Shown: positions 21,004-29,870, numbered from the stretch's first letter. The stretch is 32,000 nucleotides of DNA from Candidatus Fokinia solitaria (GCF_003072485.1 NZ_CP025989.1:360001-392000); one strand, 5' to 3'. Made by a program: numbers and translations. Notes: generated by a model not told the origin, from the letters alone.

Positions 21004-21474
21004 TCACAAATTACACCTACTGCTTATGCGTGGATATTTTGCCATAAGGTGCTGCTGATATCTTAAGAGAAATGTATATACCTCCTCTGTGCGACATTTT
21101 ATCGTACTGAATTGCGACGACGATGCAGCAGAGGAAGCACTATCGTGTGAATAACGCTGTACTGCATCCGGATCAGCATATATATCGTCAATCATATCTA
21201 TTGCTTCACCAGCTGTTTGCTTAATAGAAGATATTTCCTCAAGTGCTGCAAAATGTATATCAATTTCACAATTTCTTGCAAATTGCAATAAACCTCGCAC
21301 AAATTGCAATTTTCGAAATTCTTTATTAAATGAGAGAGCTCTACTATGAAGAAAGTTCTTTATGTTTTTATTTTGAATATTTTTCTCTATTTCTGCTATC
21401 ATTCTTCTACCTTGAATACTTTTCCTCATCTCTTCCACCATTTTGCTACTAGAAAACAAACGTTTTGCGCGCAT
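21004..21474 (-). CDS. Hypothetical basic/Ser-rich protein, divergent from 21697..22158
   Basis: 156-aa ORF without an HExxH motif. Confidence 0.5.
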   Translation of the reverse strand: MRAKRLFSSSKMVEEMRKSIQGRRMIAEIEKNIQNKNIKNFLHSRALSFNKEFRKLQFVRGLLQFARNCEIDIHFAALEEISSIKQTAGEAIDMIDDIYADPDAVQRYSHDSASSAASSSQFSTIKCRTEEVYTFLLRYQQHLMAKYPRISSRCNL

Positions 21475-21696
21475 TAACTTTCTATTACATATTTACTAAT
21501 ATTTATAATAATAGAAGTTATTTATTATATTAACAAGCATCTCACTCTTATTTTGTAATAAAATAAGAGAAGAAATATTAACAAAAGATGACATAAGTGT
21601 ATCTGCCGCTTTTAATATAAACTACAATAGTATGATTTTCTTTTTCATATTATAGCTGTTACTCTTCTTATTACATGCAAATCTTTTAATGCTCTT

Positions 21697-22158
21697 ATGA
21701 TAGCTAAAAACGATACTCAAAATGGTACTCAAAATGATCTTGAGACGCTGATACATAATGAAATAAAAAAACGATGCGAATATATCTCCAAGAGAAGTAT
21801 CGATATGCTGCTTTATCTTCTAGAAAAAAAAGAAGATGCAGATGCTTTTGAGATAGAAGATAAGTTCAAGCATGAGTTAGAAGATAATGATCTTCAGCAT
21901 AATCTTTTTGCATTATGGAAAATAATGTACGGACATTCTCAGATAATTCCTGAAAATATTCGGTATTCTCCATTTTATAATAAGATAATTCACGGAATTA
22001 GCATGGAGTTATTTGTTATGGAGATGCAATTATTATTAACGACAGCAGCGCCGCTTGAAGTGTCTCGAGAGTGTGATGCAGATGCTCAATCTCAACAGCA
22101 GCAATGCAATGGTATAGATGAGAACGATGATGGTGGCTCAGATGCGGATTTTTACTAA
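21697..22158 (+). CDS. Small Q-rich, acidic-tailed protein; diverged member of the partner family
   Basis: 153 aa with the same layout as the 25269, 26268 and 29661 genes: helical N-terminus (IKKRCEYISKRSIDMLLYLLEKK), 'MEMQLLL', QSQQQQC, and tail DENDDGGSDADFY. Confidence 0.6.
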   Translation: MIAKNDTQNGTQNDLETLIHNEIKKRCEYISKRSIDMLLYLLEKKEDADAFEIEDKFKHELEDNDLQHNLFALWKIMYGHSQIIPENIRYSPFYNKIIHGISMELFVMEMQLLLTTAAPLEVSRECDADAQSQQQQCNGIDENDDGGSDADFY

Positions 22159-22225
22159 TATGTTTCTTTTGTTGTGTGTGATGTGCTACTATCTCGAGAT
22201 GTAGTTCATTCGAAATATGTAGAAA

Positions 22226-24037
22226 ATGTGCGGTATTGTAGGGATTTTTGATAAAAATATAAAAGCTCATTCAATTTCGGAAAGGCTTTGTACGGCTTTG
22301 CATTTTATAGAGTACAGAGGATATGATTCGTGTGGTGTTGCGATGTTTTCCTCTTTTGAAGATATTCAGCCACAGTTGATAAAGACAGTTGGAGAAGTTA
22401 AGAAATTAGAAATGAAATTAGCCTCCTCCTACTATAGTAGCAATGAGGTTTCGCGGTACAATATCGGTATTGCTCATACAAGATGGGCGACGCATGGTGT
22501 TGTTACTGAAAGTAATGCGCATCCAATCAATGTAAACGACATATACATGGTGCATAATGGCGTTTTAGAAAATTACCTCACTCTAAAATCCACACTTGCT
22601 TCCGATTATCAATTCAGTAGTGGTACAGATACCGAAGTCATCGCAGCATTACTCGATAAAGAGATGAAAGTAAGTGAAACTCCGGTAGCTGCTGCGATTG
22701 CGACTTTGAATTACTTAAAAGGCATAGGTAGTTATATTGCAGTTTCGCATCGCTATTCTGTTATGATCGTAGTGTGTATTGGTACTCCGATGATAATTGG
22801 CAAGACCGATGATGATGACTTTTACGTAGTATCTGATATTTTAGCATTTCCTCATACTGTGACTTCTACTTATCATATGAAAACGGATGAAGTTTTTTGC
22901 ATCAGCAATAGTGAGCGAATTTTATATTCAAAACAACGTAATGGCTTTATATCTATGGATTTACTTCCTTTTAAAGCGGAAAATATTACGCAATCCGAAC
23001 TTGGTACATATAGTACACATACAGAGAAAGAGATTTATGAGCAGGTAAAGATAGTACAGTCTATACATCTTGATATAAAGCAGAAGCTGCTAACTTTGAA
23101 CATGGATATTACACAGTATGATGAAATAGTAATGATCGGATGTGGTAGTTCATTCAATGCCTGTAATATCATAAAAGAGCTAATTTTAGAAAGAGGCATT
23201 AGTTGTATTGTTAGTGCTGAAATTGCATCAGAATTTTCAATAAGAAAACGTCATCGCAGTAACAATACGCTTTACATTCTTGTGTCTCAATCCGGTGAGA
23301 CCGCTGATACCATAAAATGCTTAGATATTATAGGAGAATGCGATACTTTAGGAATAGTGAATCGCCTGCATAGCAGATTGGCAAAAAGCACAAAATACTT
23401 GATACATGTAGATATAGGTGTGGAAGTAGGTGTTGCTTCTACGAAGAGTTTTACCTCTCATCTGATAATATTATCGATGCTGTTTGGTTTATATAATAAC
23501 GAAGAAATAAGTAAAGAATGTAGTACAATTGCTAAGAATATAGCTAGTACGCTTGAGTTATGGCCTAGCATCAGAGAAGTTTTGTTGCGATATGCTACCG
23601 TAAGTAAAATACTTATCATAGGAAAAGGAGTGTCATACTATGCAGGTGTTGAATGCGCATTAAAAATCAAAGAGCTTACATATATTCCAACGGAAGCAAT
23701 TCCATCAGGAGAGTTGAAGCACGGACACATCGCACTTGTTGATGAAAAAACCCTCGTGATTGCTTTCTTTGATGAATACAGAGACAAGATCAAAAACAAT
23801 GTACAAGAGGTCTTAGCAAGAGGAGGTAATGTAGTAGCTTTTGATACTAATCGGCGAATTGATGATAATAGTACTGAATTCATCACTTTTCATACTGCAA
23901 ATACCTCAAATCTACCCTTCTCTACTCCGCTGCTTAACGCAATTGTAGGGCAAATTCTAGCGGTAGCAATAGCACAAATGCTAGATCTTAATGTGGATAA
24001 ACCGCGAAATTTAGCTAAATCCGTTACTGTCGAATAA
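22226..24037 (+). CDS. glmS: Glutamine--fructose-6-phosphate aminotransferase (isomerizing)
   Basis: MCGIVGIFD with N-terminal Cys nucleophile, HTRWATHGVVTESNAHP, SQSGETADTIKCL, and the C-terminal 'LNVDKPRNLAKSVTVE' (DxPRNLAKSVTVE). Confidence 0.97.
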   Translation: MCGIVGIFDKNIKAHSISERLCTALHFIEYRGYDSCGVAMFSSFEDIQPQLIKTVGEVKKLEMKLASSYYSSNEVSRYNIGIAHTRWATHGVVTESNAHPINVNDIYMVHNGVLENYLTLKSTLASDYQFSSGTDTEVIAALLDKEMKVSETPVAAAIATLNYLKGIGSYIAVSHRYSVMIVVCIGTPMIIGKTDDDDFYVVSDILAFPHTVTSTYHMKTDEVFCISNSERILYSKQRNGFISMDLLPFKAENITQSELGTYSTHTEKEIYEQVKIVQSIHLDIKQKLLTLNMDITQYDEIVMIGCGSSFNACNIIKELILERGISCIVSAEIASEFSIRKRHRSNNTLYILVSQSGETADTIKCLDIIGECDTLGIVNRLHSRLAKSTKYLIHVDIGVEVGVASTKSFTSHLIILSMLFGLYNNEEISKECSTIAKNIASTLELWPSIREVLLRYATVSKILIIGKGVSYYAGVECALKIKELTYIPTEAIPSGELKHGHIALVDEKTLVIAFFDEYRDKIKNNVQEVLARGGNVVAFDTNRRIDDNSTEFITFHTANTSNLPFSTPLLNAIVGQILAVAIAQMLDLNVDKPRNLAKSVTVE

Positions 24038-25237
24038 AATTATGTGAGCCGAAATTTTGCCCTTTTATCTCTTGCAATTGTGCTTTCTGTGATATTTTTG
24101 GAGTTTCTTGTACTTTTTGTAGTATTTGTTGAGTTTGTTGTTGTGGTATTTTCTGAGTGTTTTCCTGTTTCTGTTGTTCCGCAGCTTTTTTACTGGCTTG
24201 CTCTATACTAAATTTCACAATTTCCTCAGAAAGCTTTTTCTCTGGTCTGTTTTCCTGCTTTCTTTCTTCTGCGCGTTTTAGAGCATTTTCTTTCAATTCA
24301 TCTATTTTCGCCATTAGATCTTTTGGCACATGTTCTAACTTTTTCCAGTGCGCTTTTTCTACATCCATCACTTTCTGAAAGAATTGTATCGATTCCTCAC
24401 AAGGTTGAGATGCTTTATAGAGGTTCTGTTGTTTCTTCCGTTGTCTAAGTTCACTATAAAGATTCGTAGATATTTCCCCTGTTATAGAATGAGCGAATTG
24501 AGATGGTGTACTATCTTTCTCTAGTACATCAGCATAAGCTGGATGAAGCACTCCTTCAGTCAAAATCATAAAGTCTCTCGTTAGCACTCCAAGCGCTGAA
24601 GCTTCATCAGCATGAGATATGGCTTGTTGTGCCAAAAACTCCTTAATCATTTTCTCTCGAGTTTTCTGTATCTCTCCGTTATTATGAAGGCAATCAAATT
24701 TATGCATAAATTCATGTACTATGGTGCCATAGTCATAGCCTTCTCTTTTATAGCTAAAGCCTTTTTTGTATAACAATGTAATTCTTCTTGCTATCAAATG
24801 CCCTTTCTATCGCCGTCAATGCTATAGTACCAAGATGGACAGCGTGAAATTCATCAGGTATTTTTTTCACATAGCTCTTGAAAAAATTTTCGATCTATAA
24901 ATTCTTTTGTCGCATCTCGAAAGTTCGTTTTATTTCTCTCTAATTCAGCTGCAATATCTTTTGTCTCTGTTATCTTCAGCAGCTCAGTATAAACGAGTTT
25001 TGAGTCTACGATGGCATTTAATTGCGTCTCAGAGTAAGGCGCATCGAGTATTGATTTATATGATTCACGATCTAGTGCGAATACAAATTGAGCTTTTATT
25101 CCACTAAAAGTTTCATGTTTGGCGTTTAGCTGTTGCGCATCTATATTGTTAAGAATTTCTTCTTTCCTTCTATTATATAAATTCATCTCTGTTTGTTCTG
25201 CTGTAATTTGATCTTGCTTATCGTTACTTGGCTTCAT
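24024..25237 (-). pseudogene. HExxH zincin-like protein 1, apparently split into ORFs 24854..25237 (N-term) and 24024..24797 (HExxH domain)
   Basis: TIVHEFMHKFDCLHNNG (HExxH at 24702-24716) and '...REKMIKEFLAQQ...DFMILTEG...HSITGEISTNLY' match the paralogs at 26821 and 30197. Removing one A from the A7 run near 24868 and one base from 'GAAAGGG' near 24804 would join the ORFs through 'EKIPDEFHAVHLGTIALTAIEGHLIARRITLLYK'. Confidence 0.6.
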
Positions 25238-25268
25238 ATACTTATTTTATATACTTATTTTATTTATT

Positions 25269-25754
25269 ATGTTAAATCAAAATAACGCCAAAAGCAATAA
25301 AAGCTTTTTTGATGCTGATGTAGCACGTGAAAATATTCATAAATGTTGTGAACAATTAGCCTCACGTGCACCGCATGTCTTGGAATTCATCTTCCAGAAA
25401 AAAGGTGTCGTTTCTCAGCAGGAATTAGTAGAAAATTTTCCCGAAATAACTGATTCATATATGGTGATGGATAACGTCACGATATTATGGCATGCCTTTG
25501 ATGGTAAGCCTTACTACCTTCCTTACTATGTGCGTTATGATGAATATGTGAATCAAATAATGCAATCCATAACGAGACCTATTTTTATGGAGGAAGCACA
25601 GATGATGCTGCAGAATCAAGCAACTCAACAACCTATCACGCCAAATAATCTACAACAACAGCAAATTGCTGCACCAAGTACTGAGCAAAATCAGTGTACA
25701 GTACAAGAAAATGAAAATTATGACGTTGATGATGTGCACGATTCTGATTTTTAA
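25269..25754 (+). CDS. Small partner protein 1 (Q-rich tail), head-to-head with HExxH protein 1
   Basis: 161 aa, '...PHVLEFIFQKKGVVSQQELVENFPEI...FDGKPYYLPYYVRY...IMQSITRPIFMEEAQMMLQNQATQQPITPNNLQQQQIAAPSTEQNQC...DVDDVHDSDF'. Confidence 0.8.
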   Translation: MLNQNNAKSNKSFFDADVARENIHKCCEQLASRAPHVLEFIFQKKGVVSQQELVENFPEITDSYMVMDNVTILWHAFDGKPYYLPYYVRYDEYVNQIMQSITRPIFMEEAQMMLQNQATQQPITPNNLQQQQIAAPSTEQNQCTVQENENYDVDDVHDSDF

Positions 25755-26140
25755 AGTATAAAATGAAAAATAGTATTAAGATTTGGAAGAAGCGTCTTCC
25801 CGCTTATAGTACGTTGAAAGTAATTCTGCTTCACTATTCTGTATAAACTCTTCTTAATGATATCTTCCGTATTTCCACGATAACGCATGACGAGACTTCT
25901 GTTTTTTTTGAGAGGATTGCGCGTTTCTTTAGCACGATAAGATTTAGCTATATCATGCGAAGTGTATTTTTCGAAAGGAAAGTGCCGAATGATTTATTGG
26001 AGAATTCTAAAAAAAATGTAAAAAGCGTCTCGATATCGTTTTTATCGAAATTTGCCGTGTATTGATCTTATACTTTACTGCTTTGATTTACTTGCATATA
26101 GCTGTTGAGAGCGCACATCTAACGAGAGAAAAAAGTGCAC

Positions 26141-26477
26141 GAAAAAGTCAAAAAGAAAGGAAGAAGGAGCGAAGTGAGATTTTCACATACCTCTGTTACA
26201 AATGGAGAGAGTTGATACTCTCTCCAAGAGCATCACAATACTTTGTACGTGATACTACGATGAAAGCTTAGTCAATACTATCAGAATCGGAGTAATGCAT
26301 CGCACTGTTATCATGAATTTCGCTATGTGGAGCCGCGCACTGACTTTGTTCAGGACTTGGTGCAGCAACTTGCTGTTGTTGTAGATGATTCGATGTAACA
26401 TGATGTGGAGTTGCTTGATTCTGCAGCATCATCTGCGCTTCCTCCATGAAAATTGGCACCGCTATAGAACGTATTGC
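26141..26477 (-). repeat. ~337-bp direct repeat, copy A (partner protein C-terminal coding sequence plus 3' flank)
   Basis: Near-identical to 29534..29870 at offset 3393. The only mismatch I noticed is G/A at about 26174/29567. Confidence 0.88.
26204..26225. promoter_or_regulatory. Perfect inverted repeat GGAGAGAGT-TGAT-ACTCTCTCC downstream of partner gene 2
   Basis: 9-bp perfect stem with a 4-nt loop, located 3' of the minus-strand gene ending at 26268. Confidence 0.6.
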
Positions 26478-26786
26478 ATCATGCACATGTCGATTGAATA
26501 GCATATAATCAGGCAGATATGGTGCTTCACCAACAAGAGTATGTCGTAACTTCTCAACAACTCTATCTAAGTCGCGAGAAGAAGTGAGGGTAGGAAATTT
26601 TTTTATTAACTCCATTCGAGGTACATTTCCATTCTTGTGGAGGAAGAATTTTAATATATCAGGAGCAAGAGGTAAAATTATCTCGCAATATTCGTGAATA
26701 ACTTCTCGTGTTATATCGCTATTGAAGAAATCTTCATTGCTTTTGAACCTATCTTTATTGCTTTTAGTATTATTTTTATTTAACAT
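26268..26786 (-). CDS. Small partner protein 2, head-to-head with the repeat/HExxH protein
   Basis: 172 aa, homologous to the 25269 product. Its C-terminal 68 aa are identical to the 29661 product. Confidence 0.82.
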   Translation of the reverse strand: MLNKNNTKSNKDRFKSNEDFFNSDITREVIHEYCEIILPLAPDILKFFLHKNGNVPRMELIKKFPTLTSSRDLDRVVEKLRHTLVGEAPYLPDYMLFNRHVHDAIRSIAVPIFMEEAQMMLQNQATPHHVTSNHLQQQQVAAPSPEQSQCAAPHSEIHDNSAMHYSDSDSID

Positions 26787-26820
26787 TATTAGTATAAATT
26801 AATGTATATTTATATAGTAT

Positions 26821-29430
26821 ATGCTTCAAGGAAATAATGATCAACTAATATTCCAACCTTCTAATATTACAGAAAAGGAATTTTATGAATCTCTTAGTAA
26901 TGAACGAAGAGAATTTTATCAATCTCTTAGTAATGAACGAAGAGAATTTTATCAATCTCTTACTGAGGCTCAAAGAGAATTTTATCAACTTATTTATAAG
27001 AATGATGCGCAAAGAGAATTCTACCAAAGTCTCGATAATCCTACAAGAAAATTTTATCAACTTATTTATAAGAATGATGCGCAAAGAGAATTCTACCAAA
27101 GTCTCGATAATCCTACAAGAAAATTTTATCAACTTATTTATAAGAATGATGCGCAAAGGAACTTTTATCAAACAATTCTCGATCGTGAGCAAAGGAACTT
27201 TTATCAAACAGTTCTCAATGATAAACAAAGGAACTTTTATCAAATAGCTCTCGATGATGGACAAAGGAAGCTTTACGACTCTTTCGATGCGCAACAAAGA
27301 GTAGATTGTCAATCTTGTCTTTATCATAAAAGAGAAGGATTTTTTGATGATATAAGAAAGAAGTTTTATGAGTCTCTTGATCCTAAGGAGTTTTATGATT
27401 CTCTTAAGAATGGTGTGGAAAAGGACTTTTATCAATCTATTTATAAGTATAAGTCTCAAAGGGAATTTTATGAATCTCTTAGTGATGCGGGAAGGAAAGC
27501 TTATATATCTTTTGACGATAAGCTAAATTATAGAGATTTCTCTCCTGAGGTACGGAAAACTTATGAATCTCTTAATGATGTGCAAAGGAGAATTTATACA
27601 TCTCTCTCTTCTCAACAAAGAGAAGAATCTATTGAATCTTTTGATAAGATAAGAGAGAGCTTCCATGAATCTCTTAAGAATGATGGAGAAAAGAAATTTT
27701 ATGAATCTCTTCAGGATGATGCGAGAAAGGACTTTTATCAATCTATTTATAAGTATGAGTCTCAAAGGAGCTTTTATCAATCTATTTATAAGGATGAGTC
27801 TCAAAGGAACTTTTATGAATCTCTTCGAGATGCTGTGCAAAGAGATTTTTATCAATCTATTGATTCCTGGTCAAAGAGATTTTATGCTTCTCTTAAGAAT
27901 GATGCGGAAAAGGACTTTTATCAATCTGTTTATAAGAATACCGAGGCAAGGAAAACGTATGAATCTTTTACTGGTACGGACAGGGGAGTTTTTGACTCTC
28001 TCAAGGATGACGATTACAGAGGATTTTATGGAATAGCGGTACAAATGCAGAAGAGCGAAGCACTTAAGCTTTTTGGTATAGAGCGCGGAAACTTCATATA
28101 CCGTCCAGAGATAGTATCATATGTAAATGCTTTGAACAAGGGCTATTTTCATGGTGAAGATGGGATGAGGGAAAGATTCAAAGAAGAATACGAAAATTTT
28201 CAACGGCTCGAAAAAGAACGATCCACAACACCCTTATTACAAAAGATATTTAATGCGTTACCTCGTAGCGAGGCTGATAAGCCTCATATTATTTATCTTG
28301 GATTGGAATCGTACAATAATGCAGGAGGATACTATATTGCGGAAGATGATACAATCACTCTATTTCAAGAATACACGTTCGCGTCTCTTATATTAGGGAG
28401 AAGTTTTTATGATATCAATATGCTAGTACATGAATCGCTACATAAACTAGCACATACACATAACAATGGAAAATTGATAGAAGAGAAAAAGAAAATGCTT
28501 GATGAGTTTTTAGAGCAGTTTCCGCCTTCGTTACATTCTGCAATACTTGAGGAAACGACGAACGATTTTGCAATCCTTACCAGTGGTGCACTATCTGATG
28601 GTTATGTAGAAAGGCTACGAAATGCACCAGAGTCAGAGAAAAAAAGTGCTTTTCTTCATCATATTTTCGGTGAGGTAATTACACGAACATATGATTATAG
28701 TCAGAATTGTAAGATAGAAAGGACCTACTCTCGAGGAACTAAGATTTACAACGAATCGGCGAAGTTCTTTATAGAGATACTCGAGTATGAGACTGAAGCA
28801 TTGAAAAAATGTGGGATATTCGAAGGGCAGTTGTGTGAGGCAGAAAAGGCACTATCAAAGACAATACAAAAATTTAAAGAAAACGCAAATAATAAGAAAA
28901 GGCGCTACTCGTTTACGGATATTTCTAGTGAAATTGTTAAGACAATTTCCTATGCAGAAGAAGCACCACTGCTAAGACTGCTAGGAGAAATAGTGCAGTG
29001 TGCTAAGAAAAGAGAAGCAGCAGGAAAGAGTACGGAAGTTCTAGAGAAGCTAAAACAAGCTCTTCTTGAACAGATAAAGGGGCATTGTTCGGAAATAGTT
29101 CAACAGCACTTGAATGAATGGGAGAAGCAGCAGATAGAGGGCAGTCAAATGCTATCACAACAAGATTCGCAACAAAAGCAGACGCAGCAATTCAATGAAG
29201 AGAAGCCATTCGACAAGCAGCAACAGTCACTTCGGTCGCAACAAAAGCAGACGCAGCAACAGCAGGACAATGTAGTATCAAAGGAAGACCTGAAAAAAGC
29301 CAGTAAAACACTATCGAAAAGTCAGGAAGTAGCGCAATCCGACAAGCCGCAACAGCTGGAGCAGTCACAACAGCTGCAGGGAGTAGTGCGAAATAACTAC
29401 AACAAGAGTCCAGGAGGAAGGCCCCAATAG
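26821..29430 (+). CDS. Giant repeat HExxH zincin-like protein 2 (candidate secreted effector)
   Basis: 869 aa. Residues ~15-410 are an FYxSL repeat array, followed by a metallopeptidase-like region 'INMLVHESLHKLAHTHNNGKLIEEKKKMLDEFLEQFPPSLHSAILEETTNDFAILTSGALSDGYV...HHIFGEVITRTYDY' (HExxH codons 28429-28443) and a Q-rich C-terminus. Confidence 0.88.
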   Translation: MLQGNNDQLIFQPSNITEKEFYESLSNERREFYQSLSNERREFYQSLTEAQREFYQLIYKNDAQREFYQSLDNPTRKFYQLIYKNDAQREFYQSLDNPTRKFYQLIYKNDAQRNFYQTILDREQRNFYQTVLNDKQRNFYQIALDDGQRKLYDSFDAQQRVDCQSCLYHKREGFFDDIRKKFYESLDPKEFYDSLKNGVEKDFYQSIYKYKSQREFYESLSDAGRKAYISFDDKLNYRDFSPEVRKTYESLNDVQRRIYTSLSSQQREESIESFDKIRESFHESLKNDGEKKFYESLQDDARKDFYQSIYKYESQRSFYQSIYKDESQRNFYESLRDAVQRDFYQSIDSWSKRFYASLKNDAEKDFYQSVYKNTEARKTYESFTGTDRGVFDSLKDDDYRGFYGIAVQMQKSEALKLFGIERGNFIYRPEIVSYVNALNKGYFHGEDGMRERFKEEYENFQRLEKERSTTPLLQKIFNALPRSEADKPHIIYLGLESYNNAGGYYIAEDDTITLFQEYTFASLILGRSFYDINMLVHESLHKLAHTHNNGKLIEEKKKMLDEFLEQFPPSLHSAILEETTNDFAILTSGALSDGYVERLRNAPESEKKSAFLHHIFGEVITRTYDYSQNCKIERTYSRGTKIYNESAKFFIEILEYETEALKKCGIFEGQLCEAEKALSKTIQKFKENANNKKRRYSFTDISSEIVKTISYAEEAPLLRLLGEIVQCAKKREAAGKSTEVLEKLKQALLEQIKGHCSEIVQQHLNEWEKQQIEGSQMLSQQDSQQKQTQQFNEEKPFDKQQQSLRSQQKQTQQQQDNVVSKEDLKKASKTLSKSQEVAQSDKPQQLEQSQQLQGVVRNNYNKSPGGRPQ
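26875..28035 (+). repeat. Protein-coding repeat array with 33/39-bp (11/13-aa) units, consensus [RK]xFYxS[LI]xxxxQ; includes perfect 72-bp tandem copies
   Basis: REFYQSLSNER / REFYQSLTEAQ / REFYQLIYKNDAQ / REFYQSLDNPT / RKFYQLIYKNDAQ and similar. The 72-bp copies begin at 26989 and 27061, with a third diverging start at 27133. Confidence 0.93.
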
Positions 29431-29533
29431 ATCGTTTTGAACATGATCTTTTCACTTTCGTATTTACGATGATTGAAAATATCAACATCCCTACCCGTTT
29501 TTGTATCGCACTTATGAGATTCGAAGATGAAAG

Positions 29534-29870
29534 GAAAAAGTCAAAAAGAAAGGAAGAAGGAGCGAAATGAGATTTTCACATACCTCTGTTACAAATGGAG
29601 AGAGTTGATACTCTCTCCAAGAGCATCACAATACTTTGTACGTGATACTACGATGAAAGCTTAGTCAATACTATCAGAATCGGAGTAATGCATCGCACTG
29701 TTATCATGAATTTCGCTATGTGGAGCCGCGCACTGACTTTGTTCAGGACTTGGTGCAGCAACTTGCTGTTGTTGTAGATGATTCGATGTAACATGATGTG
29801 GAGTTGCTTGATTCTGCAGCATCATCTGCGCTTCCTCCATGAAAATTGGCACCGCTATAGAACGTATTGC
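29534..29870 (-). repeat. ~337-bp direct repeat, copy B
   Basis: See 26141..26477. Confidence 0.88.
29597..29618. promoter_or_regulatory. Same perfect inverted repeat downstream of partner gene 3
   Basis: GGAGAGAGTTGATACTCTCTCC, second copy inside the 337-bp repeat. Confidence 0.6.

Noticed and set aside
26845-28036. Antisense ORFs (26845..27459 -, 27523..27855 -, 26885..27247 listed as +, 27665..28036 listed as +) suggesting extra genes in the repeat region
   Set aside because: Their low-complexity translations (INLFIRMMRKE..., IKVPLRIILINR...) are out-of-frame or complementary readings of the FYxSL array, which stays open in several frames because the repeat lacks stops.
26141-29870. Direct repeats as ends of an IS or composite transposon
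   Set aside because: No transposase, no terminal inverted repeats and no target-site duplication seen. The repeats are coding ends of paralogous genes, so gene duplication/conversion is simpler.
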